DNA from: the human T2T-CHM13v2.0 reference genome, Homo sapiens
Strand: one strand, 5' to 3'
Assembly: GCF_009914755.1 (NCBI RefSeq)
Contig: NC_060940.1
Length of the DNA: 64,000 nt
In this document: positions 51,846 to 64,000 of the stretch, piece by piece
Numbering within the stretch: position 1 is the first letter of the stretch
Layout of the letters: every line of letters begins with the position of its first letter
The notes under the pieces: generated by a model
The model's input: only the letters and a program-made list of their open reading frames with translations
What the model was told of the DNA's origin: nothing
The model's database searches: none
Program-made: the position numbers and the translations under genes

Positions 51846-54800
51846 GAAGAAGATAGTGAAAAGAAGGGAATCAAACACCCATCCATAGAGCAGGTAGGGT
51901 ACAAGCTGGGTCCTGAAGGAGGAAGATGCCCAAAAAAGGCTTCCCAAATGGAATGGATATGTGCAAAGGCCCAGGGGCATGAAGGTGCAAAGTGTGATAG
52001 AGAGTGAATAACATGGAGACTCGTGTGTAAACTGCATGGCAAGAAGTGATGAACCGTAAGGATGGGAAAGCAGGTTGGTTGAACAGCCTTGAAAATGAGG
52101 AGTCAACAGTATTCAAGACTGGACTTGGGGATTTTTGAACCTGTCAGGGACACACTCAGCCTCAAAACTCATTTTTTGAGACTTCCAAACAGAATGACAG
52201 TCATACTTTGTTAAAGATGCAATGGGGTCATCTCTTCTCTCCTTTACATAGTTTGAGAGTCTCAAAATACGTTCAGAGAAGAGCTGGATGTCTAAGGTTA
52301 CTAACCCTGTGACAGTGAATCACACCCTGCCAGGGGAAGGGTATTTTGTACACAGCCACATCAAAAAACCAGTGGGATCATGTGTGCCCAGCTGTGAGTG
52401 TATCCGTGTATAAATCCACTCACTACACTTAGAAAATGCCTGCCGTGCGTGGCACTGGTGCAATGGTATCGTTGGAGCTGCCAACTTGTTTTATTTCTGA
52501 TAGTGCTTGGCAGCCCCTGAAGGAGGGAAAGTATGAATTTTTATCTCCCATTTACTAGACTTTCATTGTATTGTGCTTACAGACACAGTGTCAGCACATA
52601 AAATGTTAAACATCACTGGTCTGAAAGAGGCTCCCATTGTCTTACCTCTGGTGCTGGGGGAATCTTGCTAGCTTTGCTGTAGTGGTTCTGTCAGTGTAAT
52701 ATGACATGAAGCATTTCTCAGTAATGACAGACATTGAATATGAGTGACAGGAACCCTGACCACAAGGAATGGGTTCAATCACCAGAAATGGGGGTGGGGG
52801 GGGCGCGGTTACCTGAGATAAAACCAAAGGGCCCAATTGTGCTTGGTTTTGACCCCTTGACTCCCAGATCCAGAGCAAAGACAAATGGCTGATTAACCAG
52901 CCCCTAACCCTCTTTTTCAGTGATAAACTTGTTTGGATTTCTCTGTCCGAAAAAAAATCTATGGGTGGCATGGTTTCTAAAGGAAATATGATCAGAAACA
53001 GGAGGACTGGTGCTCGTCATTTTTGTCTCTTGCAAGCACAAAACTGAAAACTGTCATTCTATCTTGGACTGGATCTAGGACGGTGTCCAGAAATCAATAC
53101 AAGATAAATGATTGCTCTCTTCACCCCACCTTTCTTCTGCTGCAGTGCCTACATTGCTCCAGTTCACCTGTAGCCAACCTGACGCCAGTGTAAATGAGAG
53201 ATCCTGCCATCAGAGGCTCTCCTTTTTTTTTTTTCCCCTCTCCTGCAGGCTGTTCTGCTCTGCATCGAGTGCAGCTTTGTGCTTGTTTATAGTCCACTGC
53301 TTACAGCCCCCAGATAGAGTTATAGCGAGCAGACCAATTAAACTGTCGCAGGCTGCCCTCACTTGACTAGCTCTGCAGAGTCATTTAGCCAGCAGACATT
53401 CCTGACTATTAAAGCTAGTAGCAGCATGTCTCCAGTGCTGGAGATAAAATGAATGAAATTTGTTATTGTGGGCTGACACTTGATCCTAGCTGTTGAACTA
53501 ATGCTGTTGCACCTGAAGTTTTTCTTTATGGTAATTGCTGTCTATGTTATTATTTCATATACTAAATTGGAGAAAATTGCAACAAGTATTAAATTCTTTG
53601 AGCTAATTCACGAGAGTTCTATTGTGCATTCTTCCAAGGTAGATCCCAACTTCTGTTGAAGCCTGGGAAGACAGATGTAGCTAGCCAGATGCACTGGCTT
53701 GTGTTTCATCATTATCAGAGACATTTCAATTTCAGATCTGGCCAGGCATATATCAGCTTTACCTGAAATCTCTTTTAAAATACACTTTCGCTTCTAATTC
53801 AGTCAGCATATGTTGGGATCTACCCTGGGGAATTCAGTTATGATGACCAACATTGACAGTGATTTGCGCTAGTCTGGCTGATTCAGTGACAGATACTTGG
53901 TGGTATCAGTAAGTCTCTGGCACAGTATACGCTTAGGTAAGTGGGCAGTGTGAAATAAGACTTCCCACCGGGCACCTTTGGAATCCACAGCTCTAACTGG
54001 GAGTCCTTGAACACCTCAGGTAGTACCACTTCAATGAGAACCCATCAGAACAGGTACATGCAAGGTACACCGCCTCCCAAAGCATCCGAATCACTAGTCC
54101 TCACTGCCCTGCCCATCTCCTAATTTCTGTTAACTCCTTTTACCAGATCTCTTTCCAGAATTAGGAAGATTATTTTAGACTTTTCAATATAAACCATATT
54201 CAGAGTTTAGTGAAATCTCTGAGGCCTCTGTTTCTGTGGTAGATTGCATAGAAGATCATTTCTTTTACAGCATTCATTTGTATGCTTAGCTTGTGGTCAG
54301 AGCTCGTGGTGAAGGCTCCAGACAGGACCCAGAATAAGAATTCAGGCCTGGTTTGTGGTAGAAGTACTATGCTTGCTTTCATGTTAATGCTTTGGGAAGA
54401 CACTGACCCCAATCATAACGTTACTTTAATTTCTACCTGAAGACCACACCTGACAGACATAGCAGGGCTCTGTCAATTACAGGGACATACATCTCTAGAA
54501 CCCCAAGACTTTGTCACCTCCCTACTAGGAAACAGTAGGCTGGTTGTACTCCATATTTTGATTAGAGGCAAATGTGAGAGGCCTGAACGTCGAAGTACTA
54601 GAAGAGAGACATGGGGTTTTGTTATTATGTTTCATCATTCTGCCCCCAAATTTAGGGACAGTCCACAGATAATGATGCGTCCTGCATAAGTGCTTTCTCT
54701 CTTGACATAGACAACTGTAATTTGAATGATAATGGCTAGCATTAGTGTCTGTGGTGGAGGATTTAGATTGCAAGTTGAAGTCCATATAGTTTGTGAGGTC

Positions 54801-55485
54801 CCAAATATACTGAATGTATGTTGGTCTGCATTATTTCTGATATTCATAACCTTTGTTTAATAAAGAAGCTCTTTTAACAACTCAAATCTGCTAAAATTGA
54901 ATTACTGTAATTTGCAGCAAAGTTCAGCATGAGAAATGTATATTTTCTTTCCCCACTGAGAAAATGAAAGAAGCATTAGTCTTTCGTTTATATATGAGAT
55001 GGGTAGATTATGTATAGAGTATCAAGTTTAGAAGATTTATTTTCCCACGCTCAAATCCAATAGGAAAAACTGGCATTTTCATCAAAACTAAACTAAGACT
55101 AATCTTTATTCTATTTTCTGAAATTGCCAAATGTACAAGTTTTAGGTATTTTAAAACAGTATAGTCACAGGCAAACATTAACTTGTTCCCAGCGGTCCTT
55201 CAGATGCACATTCATTCTTGTCTTTGGTATTTGAGGATCCTAATGATACCATAATAACACAAGTAAAAGTTGCTGTATAATAGCTGCATGTGTGCATTTC
55301 AGACCCAGAACTAATTCTCCATGTTTCTGTCTCTGTGTCTCTCAAGCAGGAGTGGTAAGCTCTTCTCTCCAAATCTTACCTGGACTTACTTTTCTGTATA
55401 TTTGTGTTATTGTTGGGGCCTAGATTGACCTCTTTTGTGTGGACAGCACAGAGAACATAGGGAAGACCTCAGCATGCAAGCTGAT

Positions 55486-56152
<667 letters not shown>

Positions 56153-56246
56153 TAAACTTTAAAACTGTTTTCCTAAGTGTGGATAATTTAGAATGGGTTG
56201 AGCTGATATGGTCCTTCCCATGTGAATTATAGGCCTTTGTTCAGGT

Positions 56247-56466
56247 CAGGGATCAGCAAACTTTTTCTTTAAAAGGCCAGATAGTAAATATCTCAGATTT
56301 TGTGAGCCATACAGTTTCTGTGACAACTGTTCTCCTCTGTTGTTGTAGTTCAAAAACAGCCCTGGACAATATGTAAATGAGTAAGTGTGGCTGTGTTCCA
56401 GTAAAACTTTATTTACTAAAAGAGGTGGCAGGATTTGACTGTCAGGCCATAGTTTACCAACCCCTA
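56247..56466 (+). mobile_element. MER58A-like hAT-Charlie MITE
   Basis: cagggatcagcaaactttttc...ggccatagtttaccaacccct. Confidence 0.85.
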
Positions 56467-57115
56467 GTTGAGGCCAGGAGGAAGGGTTATGTTTAAGGGA
56501 ACCAGAACACAACCAATATGTTGTATTCTTTTTTCATTTGTTGTTCATGTAAATTGCTGGTGAGAGAGATGTTCTCTCAGCAGAACTTGAAACCATTTTC
56601 ATTGGCTGGGGTTTAATATTTTTTTAAATCTCTTGTTTAAGCACATACTAAAAGTGTCCATGTTCTTTCCATTAAATGTGTTGGTTGCCTTCCCAGACTT
56701 CAAATTGCAGTGAATTTATCCCCAAAAGATGTTTGGTATCAATTCTCAAGATGCAATTTGAATGTAGTCTGCTTCTATAATGGAAACAGTATTCCAAATC
56801 TTCATTATTTAAGTTTCATAGAAAATAATGAATCATTGAATTGGTTATTACTCAACATTGTTAAGGCATATACTGAATTCTTTGTTTTCTTGTCTTATAG
56901 CCTTATATCAGCTCAAAGGATAAAATAGTATGAAGATTTCATTTTATGGATACATATGAGACATTAGATTATTATTTTCTAGCTAAATCGTGGTAAACAC
57001 AAATTATATTATAATGAAGCTTTTTTCCCAATAAGCATTTTATAAGAGGAAAACCTGAAAACAAACAACAATCAGCAAAAAGTTTATGAGTCATTCACCC
57101 TAACAATTGTAATAG

Positions 57116-57424
<309 letters not shown>

Positions 57425-57918
57425 GACCCCCTTTTATAAAACGTCCCATCATGTTAGCTCCATATAGTAGGGATTAGTGACATCAAATTCTTTTTGGGAA
57501 TTTATAGTGGCACTAGGGGTAGCAGTATCATTTAACTGTGTGGCATGTTTGGGTAGGTAGCTTTTCTGTTTAAAAGTAATCACCCTTCCCCACCCAAGGG
57601 CAACTGTACTGGGGATGGAGGAGAGGTGTCAGCAGAAATTGCATTCTCAACATCTCAACTTCCTTGCTCCCTGCCTAAGTGCCTCCTGAACCATCAGCTT
57701 ACTATAACTAAAGTTTCTTGTGTTCTCTTGATTTATCTCATGCTGTACCTGTGAAATATTTAGTTACCCTCATTCTCTCTTTTCTCTCTGTTTTCTAGAG
57801 CAACGACATAGGGCAGTGGAAAAAGAATGAGTTTTGGAGTCAAAACCCCTGTTATCTTGGAAAAGCCATTTAACTTCCTTGACCTTCAGTTTCATCTTGT
57901 GTAAAATCAGAATAATAA

Positions 57919-58258
<340 letters not shown>

Positions 58259-61200
58259 TAATGAGGATGTATATTTAAGTGCTTTGCAAATTGTGTTTAT
58301 AATGTATTTGTTATTTTTACTGTTTAATTGTCTGCCCCTACCCTGTTCTGGAGAATCTTGTACCATCATTAAAATAAGTAAATCCATAGTGCTATTAATC
58401 TTGGAACATTCTATGTGGAATTGCCCATATGAAAAGCAGTTTGATTATGACAGAATGCCAGGCAGCAGTGTTCCCATTGTGTTGAATAAATGGCATCCCC
58501 ACAATCACAATCTCAAATACCAAAATCAACAAGGAAAATTCCAAGCAGCTGCCTTTATAACTTCTGATTTGTGGGCCACATTTGAAACCACAGTTTGATT
58601 TCTCAGTCTACAACATTTTAATTCATAGAGCAGGTCTTTCTCTATTAGCACATTCTCAAGATCTTTTGTTGATCTTGGTTTCAGTTGCTCTGGAGAACAA
58701 CTGCCTTCCAAAGCTCCCTTTTAAAGTAAATTTTCTTTTTAATAGCTAATTCTATTTAGAGGTGGACCAAGCCAAGAATAGCCTCCAAGTTCAGTGACCA
58801 TCTTTGCAGTCATATACAAGTGATGCAATCACAAAAAGAAAGAAACTTAATTTTATGCCGCTAGATATGAAAGACAGGTAGCTATGAATGCATGGCTCCA
58901 GGACCTTCTGCCATGTCAAATGAGCTAAACCCTTCCCCGAAAGCCAGCCAGGAAAACGTATGATACCATTTGCAATGGTAGAATGTTGCATGCTGTTCTT
59001 CTGTAATTATAATGGCCTGATCCGTGTGGAGTGGGTGAGTCCTGCTTAACAATCGTTAATCTACTGAGTCTTCGTATCAGCCTCCCATCTTGAGGAGCAG
59101 CAGTTCTTGGCTGGATGAGTCGGTCTTTGATTTCATTATAATAAGGATAGCTTTGTTAAAATTCCGCTGCGCAGTGGTGCCTAAGGATTCTGGGAAAAGG
59201 TTTTTCTTTTTATTTTCCCCTTTTTTTGCACGGTGGGGATGAATTGTTTCTCTCTCTTCCATCCCCTAGGTTACTGTTTGTGCTCTCCCTTGATCTCCTG
59301 CTTGTCCCTTTATTTCTCCACGTTGTGAAAGTTTCTTTCTGTGTGACCAGGAGTCTGTTTAGCAGACCATATTGTGAGTGAAGGGCCAGCGTTTGTTGCC
59401 TGATTTTGGCAACGCTGGGTAGTCAGCTGGGATGTAATTAAGACTCTGAGAACAGGCTGTCTTCTCCACGGGAAGGGCATGTTAGATGGTGCTGGGATTT
59501 GGGGCTGTCAGTTTGGCCAAGGATGGAGACAGAGAGCTAGGGACAGAGATATTTCCTTTCATTTATAATCCCTTTATGTACAGTGTGTGCACTTGGCAAA
59601 GTTTACATATAACCTAGTGGCTAGAGCTTACAAGCCAACGCAGTGAAATTAGCATATGTTACATGTATTTTTTAGTAATATTTTAAAGCAAGTGCATATT
59701 TCCAAAGTGAATTATGCATGGATGACAGCAATAGGGTTGTGTTGCACTGGGTGTCAAATCCCACAACTTTTTGTCGAGACTGTGGGTTTTACACTAAAAA
59801 GGCAGAAAGACTAAACGAAGTAAAACAGTTTTAATTTTTAACAGTTTGGTTCGGCCCAAGGAGCCGGGCTGTGACAGATATAACTGACATTTGAATAATT
59901 GGATTAATTTAGAGAAGGGCAAATCCGGTTTTGACGGTTGTGCTTGTGTGTACATCTTTTTTTATTATTATTTGCAGGAATGGAGTTGTGTGGTTTAAAT
60001 ATACACTTTTTGTGCTGCCTAGCAAATCTTGAGAAAACATCACAAAATTTATGAAATTATCATTTAATTAATTTGTTTTAATTTATATGTATGTATATGT
60101 GTGTGTTCACATATTATGCAGCCTTCATATGTATATAAAAGAAATTCACCATATATACTTGATTCGGGTCTATCAGTGATATACATATATACACATTGCA
60201 CATACAAGCACATTGTATGTGCACTTAGGAACTTAGTAAATCCAGCTTGAGATAATGTGCATGACTTCATAGGATGTATAGAAAATGTGCAGACAAGGAA
60301 GCTCACTGTGACATTGGCAAGCCCCTTTCCTCCCCATATCAATGTGTTGCAAAACATCACAGTGCAGAAGCAGAAAAGCCTAATTTGGTATCTGGGGTAT
60401 CAGTAGCCAAATTCTACATGGTTGATTCCTCAGTCCTAAGTTCCTTCAGATTCATATGGCTTTTTAAGTTTCATATATGAAGATAATCTTGGCAACATAA
60501 AACCAAGTACAGCACCATCATCGCCACCCTCCTCCAGAAATTCTGGTAATGAAATACACCATCTAAAATCAGCAGGCCAAGTCTAGGACTCGTGGCAGGC
60601 AGTCTTGAATTGTGGCTGTGGGCTGGCTCTAAGAGCCTTTTCCCCAGCAGGACATTAATAGACATTAACACTCTCGGACAAGAAGTGTTGATGTGTGGTT
60701 TATAATGTTAGCACCCAGTTAGGCAGGTATAACACATGCTGTAGGAATCTTGTACCAACACATGTGTGTGTTGAGTCAGATTAATGAGAACCATAAAAGG
60801 AGAGACATTTCACTTGAGCTGGGGACCTCATCCTATCCTTTTACCAAGTAAACCAGTGCTCAGCTGGGTGGCAGTGTCCTGGTGGGATGTTTTCAATATT
60901 AGCATAAGGAGGATATTTGAAAGTTTTGTTTTGCTTTGTTGTTATGTGATCATGAAGCCCAAACTGTTAGTCAGTACAGCACATTCAAACTCCTTTTCAT
61001 CTAGTACTGTTTGGCTCAGAGGAAAGGAAACTTTCACGATATTCACAACTACACTATGGGGCAAAAGTTATTATTTTCCTCTCTCAGATTTACCTGACCC
61101 TTCTTCAAGTGTTTCTGAATGATTCTGAGACACTTTCTGGTTTACTTTGTAAATGGGGCAATGAAGCATTCTTATCTCCTGACTGGTTCTCCTTAGAGAA

Positions 61201-62330
61201 TTCTCAAAGCCTTTTAAAATTGTGTGTTTTTCTGGGGCAGCCTTGAAAGTCCCAGGAGTGAAGTTGCCATCTGTCCTTTATATTAAAAGAATCTTCTGTA
61301 TTGTATACCTGATGTGCTTGTCCCAGAGATAGATATTGTTAATTAAAGGACAGCATTTGTCCTTTATCTGAAATAACTCTCTTGCCTGAATAACAGTTTC
61401 CCAAGCCTTAGGAAACAGGTAAGGACATTCGGCCCAGAGCCCTGATGTTTACTAAAGGTCCTTGGTCCAGGAGCTGTCCCTCAGCCTTCACTAGATCAGA
61501 CATGTAGACTAGAAAATTACTTGCTTATTTTTTGGGGGGGGCTTGTTTTCTATTAATTCATCTACCAACATTATGGCCTTTTGCATGCGTGTAAGTAAAT
61601 GAACATAATATATACTGTCATTGGTAGTTTGTGCTTTTTTTGTGGCGACTCACAAACAGCGAGTTCCCAGACATTCTCACCACACTGCATCTTTATGCAA
61701 TAGATGTGACAGGACCTATATCCTCCAGTGTCACCTCTCTACTACTGCACACTCTCTGTTTCTATACCTTCTGCCCCTGGGAAAAGAAAAATGCAAACAT
61801 CTGCCTACAGCAAACAGAGCCAGAGTTCTGCCAGGTGATAGCTAGAATATGTATAGGGAGAAAGAAAGCCTCGCCCGTAACCTGCTCTATCTCTGTCTCA
61901 GGAAACGCAGAAAATAATTTGTCTCTGTAATATAGAAAAGCAGTTAGGGTAACGTGGCTGTGAACTGCTGCCTAAAAGTGTGCTGTGTGCTCGCCTCTGT
62001 AGTTGCTAAGCACGGAGGAGGAGGCTAGCCAGGGCCTTGCCACAGACTAACTTCAAGAAAAGAGGAAAAGAGTGCACCAGCAGACTCTGGACTGAGGAGC
62101 ATGTCCAACGGAGGAGGCGAGGTGTGGCCAATGGTTCTTTTGTTGATAAGAAAGACCCTGAAATTGCCTGTTGCATGGTGAGGAGAGTAGTAGATTGGAC
62201 CGTAATTTTCTGGTGACCTAACAAACCAAACTAAAGCTCAAGTTTAATAGGCAATGATTCCCGTTTAAAAGGGAATTCAAATTATTTACAGTTCTCCATC
62301 ATCATTTGCCTCCCTTAATCATATGGACTA

Positions 62331-62703
<373 letters not shown>

Positions 62704-63039
62704 GACAACAGGGATGGTGGTGGGTATGGCAAACAGGTGGGCACTTATGCTGTCTACAAGGGACAGTTGCTTCCAACTCCAAACAGTTATTACCTTACAG
62801 AGGTGTGGGCCCAGGATTGCAAGACTAGATTTTTCGGTGAAAGCCGCCAGTGTGACACTTTTTGAGTTTTCAGTGTTGGCAGATAATTCACTGTTTTAAA
62901 ACATGCAGATAAAACTCAACTGTAGTTGGATGTACTTTACGGGTTGCTAGTTTGCACACACTTATATACATAATGCAGAACATAAGTGGGAATATTCTAA
63001 ATAATAGACAGTGTGGAAACTTTTCTTAATAATAGTAAG

Positions 63040-63700
63040 AAACTGAGCCCCAAACAACTATTAATATGTTTAGATGTTTCCCTTTGGGTCTTTATTTACT
63101 GCATATACATTTTATATACATGTTTTAAAATAGTTGTAATCATAGGAGCCTGTGATTTTTCACTTACTGTTAGAAGCAGTTTCTTTATATGATTTATAAT
63201 GGCTACTGGATATTCCATGTAGAGGATGTATTACAATATGCAAAATCATTTCCTTATTGTTGGACCTTTAAGTTGCTTTTGATTTAACATAGTTATAAGT
63301 AATGCTGCAATTACATATTTGCTTATACCGCTTTCTCCTTTTTTTGGATTAGATCCTTAGAATCTAAAAGGAAGATTACTAAGTCAAAAGATATGAACGT
63401 TTTTATGGCTTTTGGTACATATTACCAGATTGCTTTCCAAAAGCGTTGCACCAATTTACACTGCAATCAGCAAAGTATACATTTATCCTTGAAGCATTAT
63501 TATATTTTTGAGGTTTTTCCTTCTAAACTGGTAGGTGAAAATTGGACTTCATTGATGTTTGAGTTTGCATTTCTTGAGGTTTTCCCGTTAATCTGTCGAC
63601 TAATTGTATTTGTTCTTACAACATCTGTATTTTCTAAGGTTAAATTTTGTGGAGGTTTTGTTTGCTTTGTGTATATGTGTGTATTTTTAAAGTTCTCTTT
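63040..63700 (-). mobile_element. Old L1ME-type fragment
   Basis: ccagattgctttccaaaagcgttgcaccaatttacac; gtttgcatttcttga. Confidence 0.7.
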
Positions 63701-64000
63701 ATAACAATTGATAAATAATTTGGGAACAGCCCCCTTGGCAAGGCCTTCCTCTAGGGGACCCCCTGTCTCAGCAGTGCTGCAGCTGCTACTTTTAACTGTG
63801 TGTTAACTCGGAGTTGGGCCAGGGCCTAAGCAGGATCCCCTTCCCGAAGAGGGGCTCTTTTGTGTCTGGTGAACCACAAGCTCAGGGCTGTATCTGCCAA
63901 TATGTTTTTGGCAGAAGCCATCTAATAAAATCCCATCCGCGCTGTTCTATGAAATGCAGTCACAAATTTGGATGATGATTGCCTGATGCCATATTTTGGT

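Overview
Human (primate) genomic DNA from inside the FTO gene on chr16, + strand: the 3' part of intron 7, coding exon 8 (26041-26165, [42 protein letters not shown]) and the first ~38 kb of intron 8. The gene was recognised from memory of the protein, not by a search. The rest is intronic: Alus, L1, L2, MIR, MaLR LTRs, Tigger/hAT relics, microsatellites, and repeat-poor stretches rich in homeodomain motifs that fit the known IRX3-enhancer landscape of FTO introns. An L2-derived candidate alternative first exon (coding part 3435-3539) would splice in frame to exon 8. The standout observation is a ~2.6 kb imperfect rod-like fold-back (~39580-42190, apex ~40735) in sequence where I see no interspersed repeats. 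It is built from about 20 correctly nested complementary blocks around a near-perfect ~56 bp core, and its mismatches are biased to G:U pairs on the + (FTO sense) strand. A GC-box/ETS motif lies just upstream and a pure A54 tract immediately downstream. All pairings were found by eye and repeat boundaries are approximate.
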